From: a bacterium
GTDB taxonomy: Bacteria > Hinthialibacterota > Hinthialibacteria > Hinthialibacterales > Hinthialibacteraceae
Reading direction: 5' to 3'
NCBI GenBank assembly: GCA_963663405.2
Contig: CAXXSM010000054.1
Location: forward strand, 1 to 29,811
Length of the DNA stretch: 29,811 nt
Part shown: positions 17,790 to 28,941 of the stretch, one piece after another
Layout of the letters: each line of letters starts with the position of its first letter
How positions within the stretch are numbered: the first letter of the stretch is position 1
Program-made: the position numbers and the translations under genes
Notes under the pieces: generated by a model
Seen by the model: the letters and a program-made list of their open reading frames with translations, nothing else
The model's database searches: none
What the model was told of the DNA's origin: nothing

Positions 17790-19669
17790 AGCAGTACCAC
17801 TAACGCGATTAAAATAATGGCCCCCACAGCGACGCCGGAGGCGTACCAACGAATATTCCCAGTCTGGGTTTGGCGCAAGGTCCAGTACAAGCCATAATTC
17901 ACCCAGGTAATCCATTGCGGGATGGCGTCGAACGCATCCTGTTTGTTCCAGCGCGCGGCGCAGACAAATGGCTGAATGAAGATCGCGTTATACAGATCGT
18001 CAAACCGCCAGCCGTGAAACCAGAAATTCCGCACGTTATTCAATAGGGGATATGTCATTAGGGCCTGCGGCATGTCCGGCTTTTTGTAATACGCCACATA
18101 CGCGAGATAAATTCCTCCAAACGTCACTGCCGCCGCGATCAGTTGCATCAACACTTCCAATCCCACAGAACCGCGCTCTTCCGCATGAGGCAAAGCGGTA
18201 TGGAGAAAACCGGAAAAAGGGGCGAATCCCCCAAGGGAATGCGGCATATCGAGGAATCCGGCGATCACGGAAAAAACAGCCAATATCACCAAAGGCGTTT
18301 GAATGCGCAAGCCCGGATACTGATGGATTTCTTTTTTCTGTTCACCAAAGAATGTGACAATAACCATGCGGGAAGAATAAACAGCGGTAATGAACGCCCC
18401 CAGAATTCCCGCCAGCCAAAGCCATCCGCTGCCGCTATCGAGAATCAAGGCGTTCCATAAGATAGCGTCTTTGCTGTAAAATCCGGCTGTAACCAATGGC
18501 AGCGCCGCCAGCGAGGCGGAGCCGATTAAGAAGGTCCAAAATGTTATAGGCAGTTTTTTATAAAGACCACCCATTTTAAACATATCATGTTCATGACTCA
18601 TGGCCATGATCACCGCGCCAGCGCTCAAAAAGAGCAGCGCTTTAAAAAAAGCATGGGTCATGAAATGGAACACCGCCGCCGACCAGGCCCCCACACCCAA
18701 AGCAAGGAACATATACCCGATTTGGCTGATCGTAGAGTAAGCGAGAACACGTTTAATGTCCCTTTGAACCAACGCGCTGCAACCGGCCACCAATAATGTG
18801 ATCGCTCCAACGATCGCCACAACCAGTTGGATCGAGGGAGCCAGTTCAAACAGAACATGCGTGCGGGCGATTAGATAAACACCGGCGGTTACCATTGTGG
18901 CGGCATGGATCAGCGCGCTGACTGGAGTTGGACCCGCCATAGCGTCTGGCAGCCAGGTTTGCAACGGTAATTGGGCCGATTTGCCAAACGCGCCGATCAT
19001 CAACATCAACGCCGCTGTAATGGCGGCGGTCGAGCCGGTTTCCCACCGCTTTGGCGCCAATTGTAAAATCTCTTGGATATGCAGCGTGCCGAAATGAGTA
19101 AAAAGCAAGAACAGTCCGATCGCCATAGCGGCGTCCCCCACGCGGGTGACAATAAACGCTTTTTGCGCCGCATGGCCGTTCGCCGAATCCTGATACCAAA
19201 ATCCGATCAAGAGATAACTGCATAAGCCTACGCCTTCCCAGCCGAGATACAGGAAGACAAGGTTGTCCGCCAATACCAATAACAACATCGACATGACGAA
19301 CAAATTCATATACGCGAAAAACCGGGCGTAGCCGGGATCCTCCGTCATGAATTCGGTGGAATACAAATGGATTAAAAATCCGACAAATGTCACAACCAAC
19401 ATGAAGATTACGGATAACGCGTCCAGATGTAGACCGATCGCTGGATCGAATCCTCTAACATCCATCCATGTCCATAAGACTTGGGTAAACTCCGTCTGAC
19501 CGGAATGCAGAAACGACACCGTCACCAGCAGGCTGCAAACCAGCGACAGCCCCATAGCCGTCAACGTGATGACAGCGATCGCTTTGCGGGTAAACGTTCC
19601 TCCCGCAAGCGCAAGAAGCAGGAATCCAATCAGTGGAAATGTGGGAACCAGCCAGAGCGTGTTTAGCAT
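17786..19669 (-). CDS. nuoL: NADH-quinone oxidoreductase subunit L
   Basis: WEGVGLCSYLLIGFW, GKSAQLPLQTWLPDAMAGPTPVSALIHAATMVTAG, HAFFKALLFL. Confidence 0.97.
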   Translation of the reverse strand: MLNTLWLVPTFPLIGFLLLALAGGTFTRKAIAVITLTAMGLSLVCSLLVTVSFLHSGQTEFTQVLWTWMDVRGFDPAIGLHLDALSVIFMLVVTFVGFLIHLYSTEFMTEDPGYARFFAYMNLFVMSMLLLVLADNLVFLYLGWEGVGLCSYLLIGFWYQDSANGHAAQKAFIVTRVGDAAMAIGLFLLFTHFGTLHIQEILQLAPKRWETGSTAAITAALMLMIGAFGKSAQLPLQTWLPDAMAGPTPVSALIHAATMVTAGVYLIARTHVLFELAPSIQLVVAIVGAITLLVAGCSALVQRDIKRVLAYSTISQIGYMFLALGVGAWSAAVFHFMTHAFFKALLFLSAGAVIMAMSHEHDMFKMGGLYKKLPITFWTFLIGSASLAALPLVTAGFYSKDAILWNALILDSGSGWLWLAGILGAFITAVYSSRMVIVTFFGEQKKEIHQYPGLRIQTPLVILAVFSVIAGFLDMPHSLGGFAPFSGFLHTALPHAEERGSVGLEVLMQLIAAAVTFGGIYLAYVAYYKKPDMPQALMTYPLLNNVRNFWFHGWRFDDLYNAIFIQPFVCAARWNKQDAFDAIPQWITWVNYGLYWTLRQTQTGNIRWYASGVAVGAIILIALVVLL

Positions 19670-19670
19670 G

Positions 19671-19979
19671 TTATCCTTTCAGTTGGTTCAATACATTCGT
19701 GTCCAATGTTTTTACTTTCTTAAACATTGCCAACACCAGGGCTAGGCCAACCGCCACTTCGGCGGCGGTGATGGCGAGGATAAACAAAAACATGATCTGC
19801 CCGCCGGCCTCGCCCCAGCGGGCGCCGGCGACGACAAACGCCAAACCGGCGGCGTTGAGCATGATCTCGATAGACATCAATAGAAAGATGATATTGCGCC
19901 GGACCAAAACGCCGGTTAAGCCAAGAACGAATAGGATACCGGCCAAGAGTAATCCGTGTTCCATGGGGATCTGCGCCAT
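19671..19979 (-). CDS. nuoK: NADH-quinone oxidoreductase subunit K
   Basis: RRNIIFLLMSIEIMLNA, GQ, AAEVAVGLAL. Confidence 0.97.
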   Translation of the reverse strand: MAQIPMEHGLLLAGILFVLGLTGVLVRRNIIFLLMSIEIMLNAAGLAFVVAGARWGEAGGQIMFLFILAITAAEVAVGLALVLAMFKKVKTLDTNVLNQLKG

Positions 19980-19990
19980 TCCATTGTCTC

Positions 19991-20500
19991 CTATTGTTGT
20001 TCGTCTGATGGCTGGGATTTGCGCCCTAAATGATAAGCCGCCACCAATCCGGCCAAGAGCAGGAACGAAGCCAATTCCACGCCCAGCATATACCGGCCAT
20101 ATAGCGCAACGCCGATTTCTTTCGGGCCTACAATGGTTTGTCCCAGTTCTTGATTGGGAGCCAGGGCCATGATGTATGTCAACTCAATCAACAAGATGGC
20201 CGCAATGAGAGAAGGGCCGATCCACATCTTACCGGATAGCAAATGGATTTCTTCCCCTATGGATTCCTTGCCCAGATTGAGCATCATGATGACAAAGATA
20301 AACAGAACCATGATGGCGCCGGCATAGACGATGATTTCCAGCGCGGCGATGAAAGGCGCTCCTAAGGTAAAGAACACAACCGCCAGTGAAAGCAGTGAAA
20401 CGACAAGGTAGAGAAGCGCATGGACCGCGTTTAACTGCGTAATCACCATCACCGTGGCGGCTACAGCAAGGATGGACGATAAGTAAAAAACAGCGTTCAT
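19991..20500 (-). CDS. nuoJ: NADH-quinone oxidoreductase subunit J
   Basis: HALLYL, EIIVYAGAIMVLFIFVIMMLN, VELASFLLL. Confidence 0.96.
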   Translation of the reverse strand: MNAVFYLSSILAVAATVMVITQLNAVHALLYLVVSLLSLAVVFFTLGAPFIAALEIIVYAGAIMVLFIFVIMMLNLGKESIGEEIHLLSGKMWIGPSLIAAILLIELTYIMALAPNQELGQTIVGPKEIGVALYGRYMLGVELASFLLLAGLVAAYHLGRKSQPSDEQQ

Positions 20501-20517
20501 GGTTTTTCTGTTCTTCC

Positions 20518-21045
20518 TTATGGAATTAAACTATGAATATCGACTGGGTCCTCTTCGTTTTCCGCTTCCCCTTTGTCCTTGCCGCCAATCGCCAAACCCG
20601 CGACGCGGTAAAAGTTGTATCCTGGATACTTTCCTTCACCGGAAATCGTTAAATCTTCTTTTTCGTAGACCAAATTATTCCGGTCGTATTCACACATTTC
20701 GAAATCCGGCGTCAACTGAATGGCGTAAGTCGGGCAGGCTTCTTCACACATGCCACAAAAAATACAACGGGAGAAGTTGATGCGGAAGAACTTGGGATAC
20801 CGCCGCCCGTATTCGTCTTCCGCCGCCTGCAAGGATATGCAATCGACCGGACAGGCCACAGCGCAGAGATGGCAGGCCACGCACCGCTCTTGACCGTCCG
20901 GATCGCGTGACAGAATAATCCGCCCCCGCCAACGCGGGGCAAGATAGGCTTTTTCTTCCGGATATTGGATCGTATCCCGCTTGCGGACCGTATGCTTTAA
21001 TACAATCCATGTGCTTTGCAGAATACTGAAAATTTGTCGAATCAT
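20518..21045 (-). CDS. nuoI: NADH-quinone oxidoreductase subunit I
   Basis: Two 4Fe-4S motifs: [14 protein letters not shown] and [13 protein letters not shown]. Confidence 0.97.
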   Translation of the reverse strand: MIRQIFSILQSTWIVLKHTVRKRDTIQYPEEKAYLAPRWRGRIILSRDPDGQERCVACHLCAVACPVDCISLQAAEDEYGRRYPKFFRINFSRCIFCGMCEEACPTYAIQLTPDFEMCEYDRNNLVYEKEDLTISGEGKYPGYNFYRVAGLAIGGKDKGEAENEEDPVDIHSLIP

Positions 21046-21060
21046 TGTTTCCGCTTTCTC

Positions 21061-22014
21061 TTATTCCATAATCAGCACAATCGCCGCGGTAACCAGCAAA
21101 TTCACCAATGTAAGCGGCAATACGATTTTCCATCCCCATGAAATTAATTGATCGAATCGCGGACGGGGTAGAGTGGCCCGCATAAGAATAAATAGCACAA
21201 CGAAAAAAATGGTTTTCAAGAAAAACCAAGCTAAAGGCGGCAGGAAAGGACCGGACCAGCCCCCAAAAAACAAAATCACGATAAAGGATGAAATTAACGT
21301 TATGCCGAGATATTCGCCTACAAAAAACATCCCGAATTTCATTCCCGAATACTCCGCGTGAAATCCGGCGATGAGTTCACTTTCCGCTTCGGGCAAGTCA
21401 AATGGCAATCGGTGTGATTCCGCCAATCCAGCGAGAAGAAACATAACGAATCCCAAAAATTGGGGAAAGACAAACCACATCTCTTTTTGGGCTTCGATAA
21501 TTTCGGTTAACTGGAAAGAACCGGCCAGCATTACAACTCCCATGAGAGAGAGCCCCATGAAGACTTCATAACTCAGCATCTGCGCGGCGCTGCGCATGCC
21601 GCCCAATAGGGAATATTTATTGTTCGCCGCCCAGCCGCCTAGCACAACGCTGTACACTCCCATCGAAGACATGGCGAGAAAGAAGAGCAGGCCGATGTTC
21701 AGATCCGTGATCCATAAACCCGGCGCAAAGGGAACCACAGCGAACGATAACAATACGCTGATCATGATCACCATGGGCGCCAGGACAAAAACAAACTTGT
21801 CGGCAAAGGAGGGTACCCAATCTTCTTTGGTGAAGATCTTGATCATGTCAGCGATGGTTTGAAAGAAACCGAATGGCCCGACCCGGTTGGGACCATAGCG
21901 ATCCTGCCACAACGCCAGTAGCCGCCGTTCCAACCAAATCCACGTGGGCGGAGCGGCCATTACCACACCGAGTACGATCAACGGGAGGATAAATGTGTGA
22001 TAGAAGTCAATCAT
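21061..22014 (-). CDS. nuoH: NADH-quinone oxidoreductase subunit H
   Basis: ERR..QDRYGPNRVGP, QMLSYE, HRLPFDLPEAESEL, PRPRFDQ. Confidence 0.97.
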   Translation of the reverse strand: MIDFYHTFILPLIVLGVVMAAPPTWIWLERRLLALWQDRYGPNRVGPFGFFQTIADMIKIFTKEDWVPSFADKFVFVLAPMVIMISVLLSFAVVPFAPGLWITDLNIGLLFFLAMSSMGVYSVVLGGWAANNKYSLLGGMRSAAQMLSYEVFMGLSLMGVVMLAGSFQLTEIIEAQKEMWFVFPQFLGFVMFLLAGLAESHRLPFDLPEAESELIAGFHAEYSGMKFGMFFVGEYLGITLISSFIVILFFGGWSGPFLPPLAWFFLKTIFFVVLFILMRATLPRPRFDQLISWGWKIVLPLTLVNLLVTAAIVLIME

Positions 22015-24742
22015 GTGGGGAACTGATCCTCCCTTCTTTGACCATTCGTTTCACCGTGCCAAATAATGGAAACGCGGCGCCTTTCAATTGTGGCAATCCG
22101 GCTGGATATCCCGCAAGACCTGGCGGTATAGATATATCCAATTTTAGAGGAAATTCGATATCGGTTTCGATCCCTTCTATTTCGACAAGATCCCCTTCTT
22201 CAAGATTCATGGTTTCAGCCGTTTGGGGATGCATGGATAAATAAGGGATTGCCGCCAGTTGATGAATCCCTGGCGATTGAACGCTTAACTCTTCGGAACC
22301 AAAGATGTGATATAAGGGCACAAAGAGAACGCCTTCTTCTGTAGCCTGAAACGTGTCCGGTATGGAATGGAAATACGCGGGAGCCGCCGTTTGATTGGAC
22401 TCGATCAATCGTTTCCCTGGATCGCCGCCCCGCAAAGGGCCGTCCACTTCGCTTTGAAATTTGTTCACTGATTGGATGGAATTCCATCCCGGCGCCCAGA
22501 AGGAATGAATCAACGGCGCCGGTGGGACACCTGTATACCCTTCCATAGAGAAGGCCAGCGGAGAATCTACATCATCTTTCGGTTTTGGCTCATGAATCTC
22601 TCTATGAGCGTTTATAGCGGTGCGGCCGCTATAGCGATACGTCTGCCGGGGGATTTTTTGCCCGGCGGCCCGGTAGTCCGCGGTTGGGGCGATGTCTTTG
22701 ACCGGCTGGAATTGAGGGAACTCACTTGATAGCGCGCTGATCACGTCATCCAATCTATTCCAGCGGCGCAGAGTATCGTTTTGGATTGGCTCCATCGCGC
22801 GCAACCAGCGCCAGCTGTCCTGGATATCTCCTTCCGGAATGAATACTTGATAATATCGCTGCGCGCGGCCTTCTTGATTGACAAACGTTCCACTCCCTTC
22901 CGCGAAAGTGGAGGCAGGCAAGACTAAGTCCGCCCGTTCGGTTGTTGAATGGGTCATATGATCCAAGACGATAATCGTTTCCGCTTTGTTGAGCAGCGCG
23001 TCAATGTCTTGTTGCGAGCCTCGCCGGTAGAGATCATTTTCGAGAATAATCACCGTATCCGCATGGCCAGCGTCCAATGTTTGATTCGCGCTCCGCAGCG
23101 ATTGATTCGTCAAAAGAGCCAAGCCGAAACTATTGCATTCCATCATAGAGTACGCCAGCTGGACATCGGTCTTCTTTTTCTGCAGCGCCCAAGCGGCATT
23201 CGCGGCGCTTTCCACGACCTCCCGGTTTAAACTGCAGCCGCTGATTATAAGCGGCCTATCCGCTTGGAGCAGGGCCTGCGTGATTTGTTTGACAAGGGCC
23301 TCTTCTTCATTCGTCATGCCTCCAACGGGCGGAGCGCTCGAATCCAAAGCATGAGCGATGGCGTATCCCAAACGCGCGATATCGCCTGGGGCGGCGTGAA
23401 GGCTTTCCTGGGCGATTGTATCTAACTTCGTTTCCGCGGCCGTGAGAACAAACAATGGGCCTTTCTTGTCTTGAATGGCGTTGTGGACAGCGGCGTCCTG
23501 CCAATCGGGAATTCCCACACTGCGTGAAATCTTGCTAGCTTGGTTCCGAACCGCTTGCCGGACCGCCAAAGCCATCATTGGGGCGGTGTTGGTTAGATCT
23601 TCGCCCAGTATCAACACCGCGTCAGCCTTGCGTATATCCTGCAGTGATGGCGATCGAACTGGGCCGTTTTGAAAAATGTCGATTATGGTTTGCTGAATTT
23701 GAAATTCATTATCATCAACACCGGCGAAGAAATTCTCTTTTCCCACCAGTTTCCATAGCGCGTAATTGGATTCCAGCGGCGCTCTCGGCGAACCGATACC
23801 GATGAGCCCACGGCTATGAGTTGCTATTTGCTCGAGCTGCTGTTTCGCTTCTTCCATTGAAATGGAAACGAATCTCTTTTCTTTTTGATGGAGCATCGGA
23901 TGACGCGCGCGATTCTCATGATTGACAAATTCGTAGCCATAACGGCCCCGGTCACATAGAAAGTACTTGTTGATTTCTCCGTTGTACCGGTTGCGAATCC
24001 TGCGCAGCGTTCCATACCGTTCGCCTGGAACGGTGTTGCATCCCACCGCGCAATGGACGCATACGGAAGGAGCGGTTTGCAGATCCCATTTCCGGGTGTA
24101 ATGCTGCTTCAAGGTTTTATCGGTAAAAACCCCGGTCGGGCAGATCTCCACAAGATTGCCGCTAAACTCATTCTTGAAAGGACCGTCTTCAAACCGCCCG
24201 AAATAGATGCGATTGTGGGCGCCAAAATGGTGTAAATCATCTCCCCCCGCGTAATCCGTGTAAAAGCGCTCACAACGATAGCATTGGATGCAGCGGTTCA
24301 TTTCATGGTTAATCAAAGGGCCCAGATTTTGGTTGCGAAACGTGCGCTTTTTAAAGCGATATTCCCGGTAGTTATGGCCTGTCATGACGGTCATATCCTG
24401 CAGGTGGCATTCACCGCCTTCATCGCAGATGGGGCAGTCATGCGGGTGATTCACCATCAGGAATTCCAATATTGATTTGCGAAACGCGGTCACTTCTGGA
24501 TCATGAATGGAAAAACGGGTTCCATCCTGGACAGGTGTCATGCACGACATGACGATTTTACCCTGTGTGTCGTGTTCGTCTTTGAATTGTTTGACCGCGC
24601 AGAGACGGCACGATCCGGCCGAACCCAATGCCGGATGCCAGCAGAAGTAAGGGATATCCAGTCCTTTGGATAACGCCGCCTGCAACAGGTTCAGCTTCTC
24701 ATCCATTTCGTATGCGATGTTATCGATATAAACCGCCGCCAA
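22007..24742 (-). CDS. nuoG: NADH-quinone oxidoreductase subunit G (long form with the N7 cluster motif)
   Basis: FCWHP..GSCRLC, HPHDCPICDEGGEC, RCIQCYRC, CVHCAVGCN...LCDRG (N7); TTG start after a GGAG RBS. Confidence 0.96.
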   Translation of the reverse strand: MAAVYIDNIAYEMDEKLNLLQAALSKGLDIPYFCWHPALGSAGSCRLCAVKQFKDEHDTQGKIVMSCMTPVQDGTRFSIHDPEVTAFRKSILEFLMVNHPHDCPICDEGGECHLQDMTVMTGHNYREYRFKKRTFRNQNLGPLINHEMNRCIQCYRCERFYTDYAGGDDLHHFGAHNRIYFGRFEDGPFKNEFSGNLVEICPTGVFTDKTLKQHYTRKWDLQTAPSVCVHCAVGCNTVPGERYGTLRRIRNRYNGEINKYFLCDRGRYGYEFVNHENRARHPMLHQKEKRFVSISMEEAKQQLEQIATHSRGLIGIGSPRAPLESNYALWKLVGKENFFAGVDDNEFQIQQTIIDIFQNGPVRSPSLQDIRKADAVLILGEDLTNTAPMMALAVRQAVRNQASKISRSVGIPDWQDAAVHNAIQDKKGPLFVLTAAETKLDTIAQESLHAAPGDIARLGYAIAHALDSSAPPVGGMTNEEEALVKQITQALLQADRPLIISGCSLNREVVESAANAAWALQKKKTDVQLAYSMMECNSFGLALLTNQSLRSANQTLDAGHADTVIILENDLYRRGSQQDIDALLNKAETIIVLDHMTHSTTERADLVLPASTFAEGSGTFVNQEGRAQRYYQVFIPEGDIQDSWRWLRAMEPIQNDTLRRWNRLDDVISALSSEFPQFQPVKDIAPTADYRAAGQKIPRQTYRYSGRTAINAHREIHEPKPKDDVDSPLAFSMEGYTGVPPAPLIHSFWAPGWNSIQSVNKFQSEVDGPLRGGDPGKRLIESNQTAAPAYFHSIPDTFQATEEGVLFVPLYHIFGSEELSVQSPGIHQLAAIPYLSMHPQTAETMNLEEGDLVEIEGIETDIEFPLKLDISIPPGLAGYPAGLPQLKGAAFPLFGTVKRMVKEGRISSPHD

Positions 24743-24769
24743 AACGTTACTCCGTTTCTTGGGATTGTA

Positions 24770-26026
24770 TCACTCTGCGATCAACGATTCGAAATCTTCA
24801 CGAAAATATTGAATCGCGCTTTGCAGTGGGGCTATCGCGCCCGGGGCCAGCGCGCAAAAGGTATTGCCCGGCCCTAAGAGTTTGCATTGCCTTTCCAACC
24901 ACTGAATATCGGTCTTCTTACCCTTGCCGGACGCAATAGCATGAACCACTTTCTCTATCCAAGGCAATCCCTCCCGGCAAGGAATACACCAGCCGCATGA
25001 TTCCTGCGCGAAAAAATGCATGAGATTTTTCATCATGCCGACGACACTGGTCTGGTCGTCCAAAACAATCACCGTGCCGGTCCCCAACCGAGTTCCGGCT
25101 TTGTTCATGGTGATAAAATCCATCGGTAAATCTAAATGTTTTTCCAACAAGAAACCTGTGGAGGCCCCGCCGGGCAACGCGCCGCGGAACGTATATCCAT
25201 CGCGCATCCCACCGGCATGCTCTTCAATGAGTTCGCGCAAAGTCGTTCCCATCGGGAGTTCCCACGCGCCGGGATTGTTGACGTTTCCACTCACTCCATA
25301 GATCTTGGTTCCCCCATCGCCGGTTTTGCTCAGCGATTTAAACCAATCCGAGCCATTGTTGATGATGTGAGGCACGTTGCAGACGGTCTCCACATTATTG
25401 ACAATGGTGGGTTGGCCAAACAATCCGGATGTTTGGGGGAATGGGGGTTTGGCGCGTGGCATGGAAGGTTTTCCCTCCAGCGCATTCAATAATCCCGTTT
25501 CTTCTCCACAAATATATCGTCCAGCGCTGCTATGGAGGTGCAGCTCCAGCGAGTAATTCGAACCGAGAATGTTCTCCCCTAAATAGCCGGCTTGATACGC
25601 TTCCTGTATCGCGGCCCCAATCAAACGGGCGCTCTTACGATAAGCCCACCGTAAAAAGATATAGGCGATATTCGCTTCAATGGCGTAGGAACAGAGAATG
25701 GCGCTTTCGATTAACTGGTGAGGATCCCCCTCCATCAAGAGACGATCTTTGAACGTCCCCGGTTCCATTTCGTCACCATTCACAATGAAATATTTGGGAT
25801 AGGGCGCGTCATCGCCGAGAGGGACAAATCTCCACTTGAACGCCGTTGCGACACCCGCCCCGCCACGGCCAAGCAGATTCGCTTTCTTCACTTCTTCCTG
25901 CACTCCGCGTGGAGTCATTGTGAGCAAGGCTTTTCGCAACGCTTGATAGCCTCCGGCTCGCTCGTACTGTTCGAGATTCAGCGGAGCCTCTCCCTGGCGG
26001 ATATTTTGCGTCAATGGGCGTTCCAT
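24770..26026 (-). CDS. nuoF: NADH-quinone oxidoreductase subunit F
   Basis: GRGGAG, NGDEMEPGTFKDR, GRYICGEET, NNVET, ESCGWCIPCREG...CAL. Confidence 0.96.
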   Translation of the reverse strand: MERPLTQNIRQGEAPLNLEQYERAGGYQALRKALLTMTPRGVQEEVKKANLLGRGGAGVATAFKWRFVPLGDDAPYPKYFIVNGDEMEPGTFKDRLLMEGDPHQLIESAILCSYAIEANIAYIFLRWAYRKSARLIGAAIQEAYQAGYLGENILGSNYSLELHLHSSAGRYICGEETGLLNALEGKPSMPRAKPPFPQTSGLFGQPTIVNNVETVCNVPHIINNGSDWFKSLSKTGDGGTKIYGVSGNVNNPGAWELPMGTTLRELIEEHAGGMRDGYTFRGALPGGASTGFLLEKHLDLPMDFITMNKAGTRLGTGTVIVLDDQTSVVGMMKNLMHFFAQESCGWCIPCREGLPWIEKVVHAIASGKGKKTDIQWLERQCKLLGPGNTFCALAPGAIAPLQSAIQYFREDFESLIAE

Positions 26027-26028
26027 TC

Positions 26029-26499
26029 TTAACGTCCCTTATACGTCTCTAAAATTTCGTCTACTTTTTCCGGTGTCAGATTGTGATACAACTCTTCTTC
26101 AATCATCATGGCTGGCGCGTGATCGCAGCACCCCAGGCAGGGGATTGGCAGCAAGGTGAACAATCCATCCTCCGTCGTCTCTCCAAATTGAATGCCCAGC
26201 CGCTTTTGCAAATGCCGGTAGATTTCTTCATACCCTAAGATCCAGCAACTCACACTGTCGCAAAGATAAATGACATTCCGGCCTACCGGTTTGCGGAAGA
26301 TCAAATTATAAAATGTGGCGACTTGCTCCACCTGAGCGGTAGGCATTTCTAAAAATTCCGCCACATCCCGCACAGCTTCGTCACTGACCCAGCGGCGATG
26401 GTGATTGACCACTTTCAGCGCGTCGATACACGCATGCTGTTTTCGTGGATAGGCGTGAAGAGCCTCTTCAATTTCTATGCGTTCTTGTTCGGATAACAT
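26029..26499 (-). CDS. nuoE: NADH-quinone oxidoreductase subunit E
   Basis: VATFY, CDSVSC and CLGCCDHAP (2Fe-2S). Confidence 0.96.
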   Translation of the reverse strand: MLSEQERIEIEEALHAYPRKQHACIDALKVVNHHRRWVSDEAVRDVAEFLEMPTAQVEQVATFYNLIFRKPVGRNVIYLCDSVSCWILGYEEIYRHLQKRLGIQFGETTEDGLFTLLPIPCLGCCDHAPAMMIEEELYHNLTPEKVDEILETYKGR

Positions 26500-26510
26500 C
26501 CACTTGTTTC

Positions 26511-28274
26511 CTAGCGGTCTACATCCGCCAATACAAAATCAACGCTGCCGAGGATCGCCAGCAAATCGGATATCATATGGCCCCGGCTGATATCGGGAAC
26601 CATCTGGATATGCGCGAATGAAGGAGCCCGGATCCGTGTGCGATACGATTGCGCGCCTCCATCGCTGATTAGATAATAGCCATTATTGCCCTTTGTGGCT
26701 TCAATCCCGACAAAGCCTTCGCCTTCCGGAATCACCGGCCCCCAACTGACATGGACAAAATGGTTGATCAGCGTTTCGATATCTTTCATCGTATGGTTTT
26801 TCAGCGGCGGCGTGGTTAAGGGGTGATCGGATTTATAGGGCCCTGCGGGCATATGATTCAGACACTGCTCGATAATGCGCAGGCTTTGCCGCATCTCTTC
26901 GATACGGACTTCCGCACGGGCGTAACAGTCACCTTCGTGGGCGATGGGGACATCGAATTCGAACTGTTCGAATCCAGAATACGGGCGCTTCTTTCGAAAA
27001 TCCCACTCAAAACCAGTGGCGCGCAATCCCGGCCCTGTAACCCCCCATTCGATCGCTTCCTCGGTATCATAAGCGCCAATGCCTTTAGTGCGCTGCTGGA
27101 AGATCGTATTTTGCATCACTAATTTATCGTATTCATCCAACTTCGTTGGAAACATCGTAATAAATTCACGGATCAGCTGATCCCATCCTTTGGGCAAATC
27201 CTGCGCGATTCCACCGATGCGGAACCAGTTGGGATGCATCCGGGCGCCGCAGACCGCTTCCACAATGTTAAAAATCCGCTCGCGATCGGAAAACATATAA
27301 AACACGGGAGACAGTTGCCCTATATCCTGCGCGAAGGTTCCATACCAAACCAAATGGCTGGCGATGCGGAACAGTTCGGACATCATGATGCGGATCACCT
27401 TCACCCGGTCCGGTATCTCGATCCCCGCGAGCTGTTCCACCGCCATCACATACGGAAAATTATTCATCACCCCGCCCAGGTAATCCACGCGGTCGGTGTA
27501 AGGGATATAGCTATGCCACGTCTGCCGTTCGCCCATTTTTTCGGCGCCGCGATGGTGAAAACCGATCTCCGGTATGGCGTCGATGATTTCTTCGCCTTCA
27601 AGTTGGATCATAATCCGCAGGATGCCATGCGTGCCCGGATGCTGTGGCCCCAAATTAAGGAACATGAATTCCGAATCTTCGCTCTGCCTGGCCATCCCCC
27701 ATTCTTCCGGATTAAATTGCAGAGCCTCTTGTTCGCGTTCTTGTTTTTCGGCGGATAATTCGAAAGGGCCGATTTCCGTGCCACGAGCGGGGTAATCTTT
27801 ACGCAACGGGCGGCCCTGCCATGTGCGGGGCATTAAAATGCGCTCTAAATGAGGGTGGTTATCAAACGTGATACCGAACATATCCCACACTTCGCGTTCA
27901 TACCAATTGGCGTTGATCCAAAGATCGGTGATGCTGGGAAGCGAGGGATTGGTTTCTTCGAGCGCTGTTTTGATCCGGATATCTTCATTCCGTTCGAAAG
28001 AAAGCAGGTGATAGACTACAGTGAATCCACCAGTTGAGAGTTCAGGTTTATGTTTGCGCGTTCGTTCGTCGATGGCGGTGAGATCGTATAACATGCGATA
28101 CTGCAAGTTTTCATCCCATTTTAAATAACGTAAAACTTCTTTGACCCGGCCTGGTTCCACCCAAAACGTGGGAATCCCATCCCGCGTCTCTTGTTCTCCT
28201 CGCACGGCGTCAGTGAAATGTTTTTGAAGTATATTCTTTATAGCGCTCGCCTTCGCTGTCATAGTGTTTATCAA
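26511..28274 (-). CDS. nuoCD: NADH-quinone oxidoreductase fused subunit C/D
   Basis: NuoC part ([21 protein letters not shown]) fused to NuoD part ([23 protein letters not shown], terminal DVDR). Alternative ATG start at 28262. Confidence 0.96.
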   Translation of the reverse strand: MINTMTAKASAIKNILQKHFTDAVRGEQETRDGIPTFWVEPGRVKEVLRYLKWDENLQYRMLYDLTAIDERTRKHKPELSTGGFTVVYHLLSFERNEDIRIKTALEETNPSLPSITDLWINANWYEREVWDMFGITFDNHPHLERILMPRTWQGRPLRKDYPARGTEIGPFELSAEKQEREQEALQFNPEEWGMARQSEDSEFMFLNLGPQHPGTHGILRIMIQLEGEEIIDAIPEIGFHHRGAEKMGERQTWHSYIPYTDRVDYLGGVMNNFPYVMAVEQLAGIEIPDRVKVIRIMMSELFRIASHLVWYGTFAQDIGQLSPVFYMFSDRERIFNIVEAVCGARMHPNWFRIGGIAQDLPKGWDQLIREFITMFPTKLDEYDKLVMQNTIFQQRTKGIGAYDTEEAIEWGVTGPGLRATGFEWDFRKKRPYSGFEQFEFDVPIAHEGDCYARAEVRIEEMRQSLRIIEQCLNHMPAGPYKSDHPLTTPPLKNHTMKDIETLINHFVHVSWGPVIPEGEGFVGIEATKGNNGYYLISDGGAQSYRTRIRAPSFAHIQMVPDISRGHMISDLLAILGSVDFVLADVDR

Positions 28275-28277
28275 TAT

Positions 28278-28937
28278 CTACACCTGGTCCGGTGTTCGTA
28301 ACAAGGTCGTTTTGATTCGTTCTTCACGATGCAAATCGCGCTGACTGGGCTTTTCCCCTTTGATTACGCCTTGCGGGCCGGCCCACCAGCAGAGCGGGCG
28401 CCGTTCTTTTCCCACCGATTCGCGCAGCAGCGTAAGCCCTTGCATAAAAGCGTCCGGTCGCGGCGGGCATCCGGGGACATATAGATCCACCGGCAGGAAT
28501 TTATCCACTCCTTGGACGACACTGTATATATCGTACATTCCACCCGAATTCGCGCAGGATCCCATGGAGATCACCCAGCGTGGTTCCAGCATTTGGTCGT
28601 GCAACCGGCGGATTACAGGAGCCATTTTGATGAACACCGTCCCAGCGATAATCATGACATCCGCTTCCCGTGGCGTGCCGCGCACGACTTCGGCGCCGAA
28701 ACGGGAGATATCGTATTTACTCGTGAAACTGGTGGCCATCTCCACAAAGCAGCACGAAAGACCGAAATGAAACGGCCACATTGAGTTTTTTCGTCCCCAG
28801 GCGATCAGATCCTGCAACCGGGCGAGTATCAATGATTTCCCCACCGTTTCCTGAAACGATCCATCCCCATTCGTTCCGACGGTAAAAGAAGTCTCGTTGG
28901 GATGTACGTCTGACGGTTTACTGAACCACCACCGCAT
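28278..28937 (-). CDS. nuoB: NADH-quinone oxidoreductase subunit B
   Basis: [26 protein letters not shown]; ATG at 28937 follows an AGGAG RBS just after the nuoA stop. Confidence 0.96.
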   Translation of the reverse strand: MRWWFSKPSDVHPNETSFTVGTNGDGSFQETVGKSLILARLQDLIAWGRKNSMWPFHFGLSCCFVEMATSFTSKYDISRFGAEVVRGTPREADVMIIAGTVFIKMAPVIRRLHDQMLEPRWVISMGSCANSGGMYDIYSVVQGVDKFLPVDLYVPGCPPRPDAFMQGLTLLRESVGKERRPLCWWAGPQGVIKGEKPSQRDLHREERIKTTLLRTPDQV

Positions 28938-28941
28938 GGGA

